DNA from: Octopus vulgaris
Lineage: Eukaryota
NCBI GenBank assembly: GCA_951406725.2
Contig: OX597816.1
Span: 128,340,001-128,404,000 of the forward strand
Length of the DNA: 64,000 bases
Direction: 5' to 3'
Shown here: in pieces, positions 13,935-25,742 of the stretch
Layout of the letters: every line of letters starts with the position of its first letter
Position numbering within the stretch: position 1 is the first letter of the stretch
Notes under the pieces: generated by a model
What the model saw: only the letters and a program-made list of their open reading frames with translations
What the model was told of the DNA's origin: nothing
Database searches by the model: none
Position numbers and translations under genes: made by a program

Positions 13935-14122
13935 TGCACAAAGCTAGCAATTTCAGAAGAGGTGGGTAATTCAATTAGATCAACCCCGGTGATCAACTGA
14001 CACTTATTTCATCAAACTCAGGAAAGTTAAAGTCAACCTCAGGAGAAATTGAACTCAGAATGTAAATACAGATAAAATCATACTAAGCATTTTGTCTGGT
14101 GTGCTAATGATTCTGCTAGCTT
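13935..14122 (-). mobile_element. SINE family A, old copy
   Basis: AAAGTCAACCTCAGGAGAAATTGAACTCAGAATGTAAA...GATTCTGCTAGCT. Confidence 0.7.
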
Positions 14123-14265
14123 GGTACTTTTTCTATTTGATGTCTTTTGCCAAACTGTGAAGTTATGGGGATGTAAACACACCAGCACTGGTTGTCAAGT
14201 GGTGGTGGGAGACAAAACACAGAAACAAAGACACACACACATACATGTGTATATATATATATATA

Positions 14266-14759
14266 TTTGAGTAGTTGAATGAATTATCTTATTAAGGATA
14301 ATTTGAAAGCTAACCGATACCTGGGTAGCAAATTCACATCAGAAAGAACACGGTTGAAGCTACGTCCCTAGGGCATAGACTACGTGTCTTCGTGCGGAAA
14401 TTTGTATGTTTATTTTAAAATTATAAGTATATGAAAGAATGGAGTTGAACGACTAGTTAACAAATATCCTTTATTCTCGACATATGTTTCGAAGGCTGCA
14501 TATTCCTAATTCCGAAGGAATAAGGAGTACATTATGCAGTTTTGTCATGGGCTCCTTGAGAGCGGTCAGCTAAAAGTTTTTTGTGCATTTTGATGTCGAC
14601 ATAAGTTCCTTGATTTTCCTGATGAGAAATCTGCATAATGTACTCCTTATTCCTTCGGAATTAGGAATATGCAGCCTTCGAAACATATGTCGAGAATAAA
14701 GGATATTTGTTAACTAGTCGTTCAACTCCATTCTTTCATATACTTATAATTTTAAAATA
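14266..14759. mobile_element. Young Penelope-like inverted pseudo-LTR remnant inserted in (TA)n
   Basis: Perfect inverted arms 14411-14539 and 14631-14759 with a 91-bp spacer and a ~145-bp one-sided tail (14266-14410). CpGs retained; HHR on the plus strand. Confidence 0.75.
14607..14703 (+). ncRNA. Type I hammerhead ribozyme with intact catalytic core
   Basis: Stem I ATTTTC/GAGAAT; CTGATGA 14619-14625; long stem II (GAA/TTC, CTGCATA/TATGCAG, TCCT/AGGA, ATTCC/GGAAT); GAAA 14680-14683; stem III AC-ATAT-GT; GTC triplet 14689-14691. Confidence 0.88.
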
Positions 14760-15169
14760 TATATATATATATATATATACGATAGTCTTCTTTCAGTTTC
14801 TGTCTACCAAATCCACTCACAAGGCTTTGGTCAGCCCAAGGTGCCATGCAGTGAAGACACTTGCCCAAGGTGTCATGCAGTGAATCTGAACTTGGAACCA
14901 TGTGGTTGAGAAGTAGACTTCTTATTACACAGCTACACATGTGCTTTGGTTTTGAAATTTTTTAAACTCTTTAAAAATTGTTAATAGTTAATGACATAAC
15001 TTTGTACCTTCTATATGTATCTTATGTGCAGAGAGAGAGAGAGAGACTGATATCTTTTTTTTTAAATAAGCATGGCATTACTCATTCAGTTAATGAATAA
15101 CATCATTTTGTAGAATGTCAAAGGCCGATTACAGCTACATCTATTTATTATTATTATTATATTTAAGGT

Positions 15170-15602
15170 AAGGCAGTGAACTGGCAGAAACATTAGCATG
15201 CCAGGAAAAATGCTTAGCGGTAATTCATCTGTCTTTACGTTCTGAGTTCAAATTCTGCCGAGGTCAATTTTGCCTTTCGGGGGTCAATAAATTAGGTACC
15301 AGTTGCATACTGGGGTCGATCTAATCGACTGGCCCCCACCCCAGAAATTTCGGGCCTTGTGTCTAGAGTAGAAAGGATTATTATATTTAAGGTGGTGAGC
15401 TGGCAGAATCATTATCATGCTGGGCAAAATGCTTAGCAGCATTTCATCTGTTTTATGTTCTGAGTTCAAATTCTGGCAGGGTCCACCTTTGCCTTTCAAC
15501 CTCTTGAGGTCAATATAATAAGTATCAGTCATGCGCTGGGTTGATGTTATTGACTCACTACTATCCCAAAGTTACTGGTCTTGTTCCAAAATGTGAAATC
15601 AT
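15170..15602 (+). mobile_element. Two tandem family A SINEs (about 15170-15378 and 15389-15602)
   Basis: Each starts AAGG(C/T)RGTGARCTGGCAGAA, contains GAGTTCAAATTC and is bordered by (TTA)n. Confidence 0.85.
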
Positions 15603-16029
15603 TATTATTATATTTATTTCATTTTTCTTTGGTAACTGATTATAATTTATATAGTTAGCACTGGAAGAACATGATATTGATGGTACCATATCATAAGCTT
15701 TTAAGAAATAGCATATTTTATTTCTCAGTTCTGTCAATTAGTTCATACATGACCTTTTAACTATCTTCTGTACCTGATAAATCTTGCTTCCAGCACCAAG
15801 ATTTCTAGTGTGAAATATTTCAAAATATTTAATCTCCTTGCAGCAACTTTAGAAAAGTTGGCAGGCATTCCAGTTTTTCAGGATAACCATTGCTGCTCCA
15901 ACTTTTTACTATTATTTAGTCTCTTTATCTATCGCATATTTTCCATTCAAAATGCTTTGATTGAAACATGATCATCATCATTATCACCATCACCCTCCTC
16001 ATCATATTTACCCTCATCTGCCTCATCCT

Positions 16030-16260
16030 CTTCATCATCATCATCATTTTAACATCCACTTTTCCATGATTGCATGGGTCAAGTGGAATTTGTTGGGGCA
16101 GATATTCTATAGTTGGATGCCCTTCCTGTTGCCAACCTTCACTTGTTTCCAAGCAGAATAATATTTCCCCATAACCAGACATGTTTTCACTGAAAATTAG
16201 AAACAAATGATACTGCTTGTATGATGGTGACAACCATTTACAGCCATCATGCTAAGTCAA
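16030..16260 (-). mobile_element. (GAT)n-tailed SINE, family B variant
   Basis: (CAT)n-TTTTAACATCCACTTTTCCATG...TGGATGCCCTTCCTGTTGCCAACC. Confidence 0.7.
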
Positions 16261-16312
16261 CACACACACTCACAAATAATTTTATATAGGCTCCACCACT
16301 AACTAAATGAAT

Positions 16313-16678
16313 CTTTTATCTTTTACTTTAGTCGAGCAAATCAATCCCAGGACTTATTCTTTGTAAACCTAATACTTATTCTACCAGTCTCTTTTGCCAA
16401 ACTGCTAAGATACAGGGATGTAAACACACTAGCATCAGTTGTCAAGTGATATTGGGGGAACAAACACAGATGCACAAACAGATACACATACATACACACA
16501 CACACACATATATATATATATACGACCGGCTTCTTTCAGTTTCCATCTACCAAGTCCACTCAAAAAGCTTTGGTTGGCCTGAAGCTATAGTAGATGACAC
16601 TTGCCCAAGGTGCTATGCAGTAGGACTGAACCCTAAAACCATGTGGTTGGGAAGCAAAATTCTTACCACTCAGACATG
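16313..16678 (-). mobile_element. SINE family C
   Basis: Same body and head as 14122-14942 with an internal CA/TA microsatellite. Another head lies on the plus strand at about 16862-16965. Confidence 0.85.
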
Positions 16679-17029
16679 TCTGCCAACTTTTATTATGACA
16701 TAGACATGGAAAGTAAAGCAGTGAAATGAGAAAGAGAATAGAAACAGATTTAAGATCTAAGTAATATATATTTGATGGGAAGAAGGATGTTTCAAGAATG
16801 TAATAAAAGGGAACAATAATACAGTAGAAGGCATGACTATAGGCATCAGCATGACTATAAGTGCAGGCAAATCTGTGTGGTTCAGAAGTTTGCTTTGCAA
16901 CCACATGGCTTCAGGTTCAGTCCCACTGCATGGCACATTTAGTAAGGGTATTTTTCTATAATCCTGTGCCAATCAATGGAAGTCTCATGTTTATTGTTAT
17001 TGCTATCACTATTGCTGTTGTTGTTTTTG

Positions 17030-17535
17030 TGGAGGCACAATGGTCCAGTGGTTAGGGCAGCAGACTCACAGTTGTAAGATTGTGGTTTCGATTACCAGGC
17101 CGGGCATTGTGAGTGTTTATTAAGCAAAAACACTTAAAGCTCCATGAGGCTCTGGCAGGGGGTGGTCGTGAACACTGCTGTACTCTTTCACCACAACTTT
17201 CTCTCATTCTTTCTTCCTGTTTCTGTTGTATCTGTATTTCAAAGGGCCAGCCTTGTCACACTCTGTGTCCCGCTGAATCTCCCCAAGAACTACGTTAAGA
17301 GTACACGTGTCTGTGGAGTGCTCAACCAAATGCACATTAATAAATGAGCTGCGACATCACTGGTGCCAAGCTGTATTGGCCTTTGGCTTTCCCTTGGATA
17401 ACATCGGTGGCATGGAGAGAGGAGACTGGTATGTGTGGGCGACTGCTGGTCTTCCATAAACAATCTTGCCCAGACTTGTGCCTCGGAGGGTAACTTTCTA
17501 GGTGCAATCCCATAATCATTCATGACTGAAGGGAG
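17030..17535 (+). mobile_element. SINE family D, long form
   Basis: Head matches 4127; 3' part ...GCGACTGCTGGTCTTCCATAAACAA...CATGACTGAAGG is shared with copies at 41335 and 47930. Confidence 0.85.
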
Positions 17536-18324
17536 TCACAAGAAAAATTCCTGTTGTTATCCCTATCCCGTATTTCTTCAATGAGTAATTGTTTACTGTA
17601 ACTACCTTCTTTTTATCTATATACTATCAGTTTTTTGCCAATAAATATTTAATTCTTTAAAGAAGAAAAGAACTATACTGATGTAACAATTAGGCTGATT
17701 AGAAGTCTGAAGAAATGAAATCAAATGTAAAATGTAATTATTAAGGTAGCCACATTAGTTTATGATATTCGAAGCAGTAATCACTTCCAAAAGTGATCTT
17801 TCTTTATAATTTATTTCCAGAAAATATCAGTGGAATTAATTTTGTAATGGTGTAAAAGTTAACATCACCAGTTTGATTTATAAAACTAATAAGTGAACAG
17901 TCTGCACAAATAAGGTATGAATGAGGAAAAAAATAAATAAATAACTGTGTCAAAGAGATAAACAAGACAAGACTTAGACTCTAATGTAGTTAATTAAATT
18001 TCATAGTGTTCTTCTTTTAAGCTGTTCTTTTCTTTCTGATGTCCAGTTTGAGATATACTGTGATAGATGAGAGATATAAATACATGTGATAAAACTCAAC
18101 ACATTCAAGTTTTTGAGCAAACCTTCAAACAAGGAAATATAATGCATTAGTTTTTGTACAAATACACAAAGATTAATTTGTTTCTTGCTTTTTCTATTTA
18201 TTCATTTTATTTTATTTATTTATTTATTTTTTTGTTGAGACATCTAGGTTACATAGAGCAGAATAGAACAGCATAATTTATTTCATGGTAAACTCTTATT
18301 AAAATAATGTCCAGAAGAAATTTG

Positions 18325-18490
18325 TTTTTGCCATCACATGGATCCAAGGTTCACTCCCATTGCACAGCACTTTGGACCAGTGTCTTCTATTATAGTCTTA
18401 GACTGACCAATGCATTGTGAGGGAATTTGCTAGACAGAAACTGTGGAACCCTATTGCGTGTGCATGTTTGTTTTGTGTGTGTGTGTGTAT
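18325..18490 (+). mobile_element. SINE family C head, old copy
   Basis: CACATGGATCCAAGGTTCACTCCCATTGCACAGCACTTTGGACCAGTGTCTTCTATTATAG. Confidence 0.65.
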
Positions 18491-18529
18491 GCACATATAT
18501 ATATATCTACATATGCATATATGTATGTC

Positions 18530-18595
<66 letters not shown>

Positions 18596-18614
18596 CATAC
18601 ATATATATATATAT

Positions 18615-18905
18615 ATCATCATCATCATCGTTTAACGTCCGTTCTCCATGCTAGCATGGGTTGGATGGTTCGACCGGGGATCTGGGAAGCCAGAAGGCTG
18701 CACCAGGCTCCAGTCTTATCTGGCAATGTTTCTACAGCTGGATGCCCTTCCTAACGCCAACCACTCCGTGAGTGTAGTGGGTGCTTTTTACGTGCCACCT
18801 GCACAGGTGCCAGGCGAGGCTGGCAACAGCCACGGTCGGATTGGTGTATTTTACGTGCCACCGGCACGGATTCCAGTCGAGGCGGCGCTGGCATCGGCCA
18901 CGAGT

Positions 18906-18908
<3 letters not shown>
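18615..18908 (-). mobile_element. SINE family B, young copy in (TA)n
   Basis: (CAT)nCGTTTAACGTCCGTTCTCCATGCTAGCATGGG...CAGCTGGATGCCCTTCCTAACGCCAACC; CpG-rich. Two isolated extra 3' tails at about 18944-18983 and 19004-19047. Confidence 0.9.
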
Positions 18909-18946
<38 letters not shown>

Positions 18947-19047
18947 TCATCATCATCATCATTTAACGTCCATTTTCCATGCATGTATATATATATATAT
19001 ATATCATCATCATCATCATTTAACGTCCGTTTTCCATGTTAGCATGG

Positions 19048-19350
19048 CTGAATTGACCCAAATACTTATTTTTCATTTTAAGCCTGGTACTTATTCCATC
19101 AATTTCTTTTTGCCAAACCCCCAAGTTACAGAGGATATAAACCCACCAACACCGGTTACCAAAAGTGTGGAGTACAAACACAGACACAATCACATGCACA
19201 CACACACATACACGCACACATATAATGGCTTCTTTCAGTTTCCATCTACCAAATCCACTTACAAGGTTTTGGATGGCCCAAAACTAAAGTAGAAGACACC
19301 TTCCCAGGTGCCATGCAGTGGTACTGAACCCAGATCCATGTGGTTGGGAA
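19048..19350 (-). mobile_element. SINE family C
   Basis: TTTCAGTTTCCATCTACCAAATCCAC...GTAGAAGACAC...CATGTGGTTGGG. Confidence 0.8.
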
Positions 19351-20309
19351 AACTAAATATTTTTCAGAATATAGCCTAGTGTCTAACTGGGATTTGATTC
19401 TATTCTCCCTCAGTTGATGCCTCTAGAACTTAATGATTTTGCCATTTGTTATTCAATCATGTACCTAAACAAAAAATTATAATTAATATAGCTATATGTA
19501 ACAGCACTAACAAGTGATAGTATATAACTATAGTTTTAACTTTAAAGTTATGTGAATTTTTCCATAGTTTGCTGTAACAACATATGGCTTCTTGAATAGA
19601 TTCCCTTGCATTCTGAAAGTACAGAACTTTCTCATACTTAATATGTCAGGATAAATAATAGTTTATACAGACTTATTTCAAATTGTACTACATAATAGCT
19701 AACTTTCTATTAATATATCAAATGTTACAAATGAATAATTCATTGTAGTATTAACTAACTTAGTTTGTCTTTGGAGAATTCTGTCACTAACTAGCATCTT
19801 AATCTTCATCATGCTATCATTCATTTCCTTTTACAGAAGCCCTTCTTTCAATGTTTCAACTTAGTTTTAGATCCATTTCAAATTTTAAAATGTGATGCAA
19901 TTATTTCAACTTGTATGATGATCGAAATTCCATTACAAAACTCTTTGGACAATCTATACTTAAACATCAGAGTCATTATTTTCTAATTGTTAAAGACTTA
20001 TAATTTAGTTTATATTTAGCTCAGTGTTAAATTTATTCATGATATCCTTATGGTATATTTATTTCTGCCAATTTACCAACACTCAGACAAAAACAGCAGC
20101 AACAACACCAACAGCTAAACACACAAGAACCATTCTTCAATTTAACTGTTTAAGACAGAAACAGCAGTGACTTGACAAAATACAAAGACTACCAAAGCAA
20201 AAGATATAAACAAAAGGGAAAGGGTTTGAAGAGCTTGTATTCTAAACTCCAGTGAGCAGGCTTCAACCGAAAATCCCATTACATAACTACAAGACCCTTG
20301 AAATAAATT

Positions 20310-20767
20310 TGGCATCCATGCTAGTGGAGCACTAAGATCACCATCTGAGCATGATCGTTGCCAGAACGGCTAACTGGCTTCCGTGCCAGTGACATGTAAA
20401 AAGCACCATTCGAGTGTGATCGTTACCAGTGTCACCTTACTGGCACTTGTGCCAGTGGCATGTGAAAAAAACATTCAAGCGAGGTCATTGCCAGAGCCAC
20501 TGGACTGGCTCCTGTAGGTTGCATATAATAAACACCATTTGAGCATGGCCATTGCCAGTACTGCCTGAATGGCCCTCATGCTGGTGGCACGTAAAAGCAC
20601 CCACTACACTCACAGGGTGGTTAGCATTAGGAAAGGCATCCAGCTGTAGAAACCCTGCCAGATCAAGATTGGAGCCTGGTGCAGCCATCTGGTTCGCCAG
20701 TCCTCAGTCAAATCGTCAAACCCATGCTAGCACGGAAAGCAGACGTTAAACGATGATGATGATGATG
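20310..20767 (+). mobile_element. SINE family B
   Basis: Internal subrepeats GGCACGTAAAAGCACC; ends GGAAAGCAGACGTTAAAC(GAT)n. Confidence 0.88.
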
Positions 20768-20889
20768 AATGTGGAAATTTTTCCTAATAGAGTGAATATT
20801 TTTGGGCTTACCCATCTTCTCTAAAACAAAAGTAAACAATTTCTCCCATTTCTTTTCTTTCAACTAATATGACCATGCTCAGAATAGGT

Positions 20890-22914
20890 TGTATAAATGC
20901 ATGTGGCCTGGGTTTGCTTAAAAGATAGATCACTCACTCAATAACATCAGGTTAGTAGATTTATGCACAATAGCCATCAGAGAGACATGATTTTTCCAAC
21001 CCATACACCTATCAATAAACAAGAACAAAAGCAGTGCTTGCAAAACAGTGCAGAGTGGGTGGATTTCAATTTTCTAAATAGTTTGAATGTTCCATTATTT
21101 AGTGCTAGTAGGAAACTAGAATAGCAGTTTAACTACATATTGAGATTGTGTGGTGTGAAGTTAGCCAACTGAAATGCAAGATGGGATACGTCACAAACTT
21201 GATCAAAAAGCTTTAGACAATTGACAGGTAGACTGGATTTCTTGAATGCATCAATGCAGACATGGAGCAACATATCAGGTCATCTGGACAGATAAAGTAT
21301 TTGTTGGGTTAGCAGAGAGAGATAAAGTGAGAGAGAGAGTGTGTAAGGTGTCCACCATTTCAACTGTTTGACTACAGAAGCCACACATTTGTAAGCTGAC
21401 ATTTAACCTAGACAGAACGCATAGACAGGTGCCTGACTACAGGAAATTGTATGCAACATGCAAGGTGTACAAAGTCTACAACCAAAAAAAGATTTCCAAT
21501 GGACATGAGTTGGAATAAGAACAGTAATAACCAAGTAAAGAACGAATATATAGTGCATGTGCTTATTTCACAAAAAAACAAAAACAATGACCATCCCAAA
21601 ATACAACAACACACGATTTCACATCAGGAATCTTGCAATGCAAATTCATAAATGTGACAGATTTTGTCTTTGTTGTATAATATCACCTGACCATCATTCC
21701 CAGCCCCAGTTTTTATCTGATCAAAATGGATCATCTACTATTTCATGCATGGAGGGATACTCTGACTGAGGAACCATAGATATGCACTGTAGCTGTATCA
21801 TCTGTCCTCTAGAGATTCTAGCATGGTAAGCAAATGTGGTAAACTTTTGTCAGACATACTTTTCCCACAGCTCCTCTTTTTGAAAATATACAGTCTTGGG
21901 GTGAGTAAAGACTCAGACTGGACAACTAATATCTAGAATATTGTCAGGTACTCACATCCTCTAGACAATTTGGCTGGTGTAACTTTCACATTAACTTATC
22001 TAATGAGAACTTGTAGTGGGAGCAGAACGATTAGACACTTGGTTAGTTTGTTGCCGAGGACCTTCAACCCAAGAACTGTGGAAAGCTTTTAAATGTCCCT
22101 GGTTTAGCAGTGCTACCATAGAGTATTGCTGTCTGAGATAAACCCAACAGATATGGAAGTATCATGAACTGAATCTAAGATGCATGCAAAGCAGTTATAC
22201 CATTTGCATACATCATGTATACATTCAATCAGTTTCCAATGATCGCTGACATGTAAAAGGGCCAGGCTTGCCCAAGATGTGTGTAGAGTGACAAAAATCT
22301 TCTGCATGTTCTCATCCTGTGTCCAATTATTGCTGACACACAGGTTTATGTTGAACACCTGCTGTCATGTGCAGAATGGATCTGGCTATTGAAGGGTCCA
22401 TTGTGAAGATTGTCCCACCACCTTCCTTTAGCTGGGAAGGGCTGGCAGTGTTTCTTTGCTGGAGGCCTTAGCAAAAGAAGTTGTGTGGTGGACCACATTG
22501 AAAGGGTTGAAGACACTTTCTTCTTTGACAAAGCCTTCATCCACCTTTCAAATTTCAATTGAGAAAGAAAGCCAGAGTAGAGAGGGCATTGCTGCCACCT
22601 AGCAATTTTATTGAAAGGTGGGTGAATGTGGCAACAATGGTCCAAGTGAATAGGCCTATCCTAAGCATGCACCTGTAGATGATGTGGAGAGGGAACTAGA
22701 TGGTGTGGACGTGGTCAGGATAACATTGGTTTTGTGGGGTTTCCATGAGCAGCTCTAGGAAGCCCCTTCTTTTGGGGAATAATTCATTGTTAAAATTTTA
22801 TATTGTTACTGTTTTTTTTTACATTTTACACACCTTTTATGTAACCTCACATTGTAATGTCCTGTACCATCTCCAGTATTTTTCATAAACCTTTAGTGAT
22901 TAATAAAGAAAACA
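20890..22914 (+). mobile_element. Decayed Tx1/L1-like LINE: APE remnant plus C-terminal region, no RT recognisable
   Basis: APE-like TWSN...LDR and RCPPFQLFDY...DRTHRQVPDYRKL (21250-21450); CPRC..DKNLLHVLILCP zinc knuckle at 22269; KEVVWWT; C-terminus FIERWVNVATM...MHL* (stop 22676-22678); AATAAA at 22902. Confidence 0.7.
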
Positions 22915-22917
22915 TAA

Positions 22918-24140
22918 TTATTATTATTATTGTTGTTGCTGTTGCCTTTGCACAGCTTCTAATGCTGGAGATGTACTATAGTGTCAGCTGTTCACTACCA
23001 GTGAACTAAGATAACACCTCTTATTTTCCAAGCACCTTCCAGAGTATTTGAGTGGTTCTAAGGAGTGCTGTTTTCTGCAAGTGCCCACCCTTATTGCAGC
23101 GCCTATTTGTTCCACATACTTCTCGAGATTTTTGCTCACTGTTCCTAGGGCTCTAACAATTATTGGTACTACTGCTACCTTTTCCATCGACCACAGCTAT
23201 TTAACTTCCCAAGCTAACCTGTCATATCTCTCAACTTTTCTTTCTTCCTTATCGCATACCTTGTTGTCAGCTGTCTATGATCCAGCATACTTTGTTTTCT
23301 TTCTCGATTAAGACTATGTCCAGCTTCCTATTCTCAATCTCATGGTTGCACTGAATCATAGAATCCCATAGGATCTTTGCATTTCTATTTTTGACAATGC
23401 CTTCAGGTTTCATTCGTTTTCAATTTCTTGTATAGTGCTTTATCTTTGCAATCTTTCATCCTACACAAGCCTGATCTTCCTACTTCTAATAACAGTGGTT
23501 CTGTGGCATTTTTTACATACCATGCTATGCTGTTTTCTTCTGCTCTAATGCTGTGTTTGCATCCAATAAGCCCTCTTTTTCTTGGTACATACAGTCTGTC
23601 TGTGTCACTTTTTGGGCGGAGTGACTCATATCTACTTTGCAACTTCTTTGTCTTTCTGTTTAAGCTGTTCAGTTCGTCTACTGTCCATGCGATTACCCCT
23701 GATCCATATCTAAGGAGTGAAACTACCCAGGTGTTGATAGCTTTGATTTTATTCCGTCTGTTTAATTTTGACTTAAGGATCAGTCTCAGTCTGCACAAGT
23801 GCTCCACCTTAAACTTTTCTGTCATTTCTTTCTCCATCAATTTATCCATTTCCAAAATCCCCAAGTACTTATAGCCTGTCTCTTCTATCTGCTTCATAAC
23901 CTCCCCTGACGGTATTGTTAGCCCGACCATACATTTGATTTTACCTCTCTTCAAGACTAACACACCACACTTCCTCAGTCCAAATTCCATTCTGATATCA
24001 GCACTGAAGGTATACACTGTATCAATGAGGGAATTGATTTGGGCTTCATCTTTACCATAAAGTTTGAGGTCATCCATGAATAACAAATGGTTGGCTTTTT
24101 TTTGGAGGCTTTTGAATACATACCCAGCTTTTGCTTTCCT
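22918..24140 (-). mobile_element. R4/Dong-like RLE LINE, 5'-truncated, inside a (TAA)n tract
   Basis: HLLFMDDLKLYGK, FGLRKC, YKYLGILE, NKIKAINTW, DRLYVPRK; then KILWD, RKLDIV and VVPIIVRALGTV. (AAC/AAT)n tracts at both ends. Confidence 0.92.
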
Positions 24141-24147
24141 ATTGTTG

Positions 24148-24200
<53 letters not shown>

Positions 24201-24311
24201 GTCATTATTATCATTATTATTATTATCATCATCATTATTATTATTATTGTTATTATTATCATTATTATCATCATCATCATTATTATTATTATTGTTATTA
24301 TTATCATTATT

Positions 24312-24341
<30 letters not shown>
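24141..24341. repeat. Compound (TTA)n/(TCA)n microsatellite
   Basis: Direct reading. Confidence 0.95.
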
Positions 24342-24342
<1 letters not shown>

Positions 24343-24562
24343 AGGCAGTGAGCTGGCAGAATCGTTAGCACACTGGGTGAAATGCTGCTCAGCATTTCAT
24401 TCAACTTTAAATTCTGAGTTCAAAATCTGCTGAAGTCAACTTTGTCTTTCATCCTTTTGGAGATTGATAAATTAAGTATAGCAAAACACGGGGGTCGATG
24501 TAATCGACTAGTCCCCTTCTCTAAAATTTCAGGCTTTGTGCTTTTTTGTAAAAAGGATTATC
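24342..24562 (+). mobile_element. SINE family A
   Basis: AAGGCAGTGAGCTGGCAGAATCGTTAGCAC...GAGTTCAAAATC...GGGGTCGATGTAATCGAC. Confidence 0.85.
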
Positions 24563-24898
24563 ATTATTTCTTTTTTTCAATTTTGTTACCATTTCTTGCC
24601 AAGTGTCTTCCTGATACCTAGGGCAAAGAAACTCACTGTATACATTGGTAGGCTATTAAAGTAAACACACCAGATTTTTCATTTACAAAATTAAGTTACG
24701 TGATAGAAAAAAGGAAGAAGGAAAGAAAAAGTAATAAAAAAATAAATAAAAATGGGGAAACAAGCAAAATAAAGTGGGAAGATAAGAAAGAAAATAATAC
24801 AAAGCAACAAAGCTTTTCTTAATAAGTGTGACTTAAGATTATTATATATTAATCAATAATTATTATCACTATTATTATTATTATTACTATCATTCAGT

Positions 24899-25042
24899 TC
24901 ACTGCCTGGAATCGAACTTGGAATCTGGGTGTTTGTAGCCTGTGCTCTGAACCACTACGCCATATGCCCATGGGCATATGGCGTAGTGGTTAAGAGAGTA
25001 GGCTACTAACCCCAAGATTCCGAGTTCAATTCCAAGCAGTGA
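24899..25042. repeat. Head-to-head palindrome of two tRNA-like heads
   Basis: 72-bp arms with no spacer, centred on GCCCA|TGGGC (24970/24971). Each arm has TGGCGTAGTGG (A box) and a RAGTTCRATTCC B box. Confidence 0.9.
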
Positions 25043-25150
25043 CCCAAATAACAATAATAACAACAACAATAATAATAATAATAATAATAATAACAACAAC
25101 AACATGAAAAATACCTTAGGAATGAGAACCCAGGTTCGAAATTTCTCCAA

Positions 25151-25196
25151 GATACCTGAAGAGGGCTGGAGGGTATGTCAGCCGAAACGTTGTGTT
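25151..25196 (+). ncRNA. Minimal type I hammerhead ribozyme motif
   Basis: Stem I GATAC/GTGTT; CTGAAGA 25156-25162; one extra G; stem II GGCTG/CAGCC; GAAA 25184-25187; loop-less palindromic stem III AACGTT; GTT triplet 25189-25191. Confidence 0.8.
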
Positions 25197-25299
25197 AACA
25201 AACAAGATGAGGACAAATATCCGTCAAATGTAAATAATGTAAATAATGTACATAATTCCTCATCTCTTAAATATAGAACTGTATTATTATTATTATTAT

Positions 25300-25502
25300 T
25301 AGACAGAATAGCTAGCACGCCAGGCAACATGCTTAGTAGTATTTTGTCTGCTGCTATGTTGTGAGTTCAAATTTCGCTGAGGTTGACTTTGCCTTTCATC
25401 CATTCAGGGTCAATGAATTAAGTACCAGTGATACATTGGCATCTATGTAATTGACTAGTTACCTCCCTACAAATTTGAGGTCCTGTATCTTTAGTTGAAA
25501 GG

Positions 25503-25538
<36 letters not shown>

Positions 25539-25742
25539 GCAGAATAGTTAGCACCCTGGACAAAATGCTTAGCAGCATTTCATCCATCTTTATGCTTTAT
25601 GTTCAAATTCTGCCAAGGTTGACTCTGCCTTTCATTCTTTCAGGGTCAGCGAAGTAAGTACCAATTAAACACTGGGTTTGATGTAATCAACTAACTCCCA
25701 CTGAAATTTTCTGGCCTTGTGCCTATAGTAGAAACGATTACT
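25300..25742 (+). mobile_element. Two tandem family A SINEs separated by (TTA)n
   Basis: CAGAATAGYTAGCAC...GTTCAAAT...GCCTTTCAT occurs twice. Confidence 0.8.

Larger units (their letters stand above)
14122..14942 (-). mobile_element. tRNA-headed SINE family C, interrupted at its internal (TA)n by the palindromic HHR element
   Basis: Body (TTTTGCCAAACTG...GTAAACACACCAGCAC) at 14122-14265 and head (TTTCAGTTTCTGTCTACCAAATCCACTCACAAGG...GACACTTGCCCAAGG) at 14779-14942. Confidence 0.8.

Noticed and set aside
14411-14759. MITE interpretation of the inverted repeat
   Set aside because: The one-sided tail and a ribozyme spanning the spacer-arm boundary fit an inverted pLTR better, though a TA-targeting MITE is not fully excluded.
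18398-19292. Overlapping ORFs rich in YI, HT and H repeats
   Set aside because: Translations of (TA)n, (CA)n, (CAT)n and SINE sequence. The same applies at 4548-5145, 36441-36997, 42007-42400 and 57708-58076.
23403-24404. 333-aa ORF with poly-D/N N-terminus
   Set aside because: Chance in-frame join of a SINE, a trinucleotide microsatellite and a truncated LINE RT; not a gene.
24971-25042. Functional tRNA gene
   Set aside because: A and B boxes are present, but there is no convincing acceptor stem and it is embedded in a repeat.
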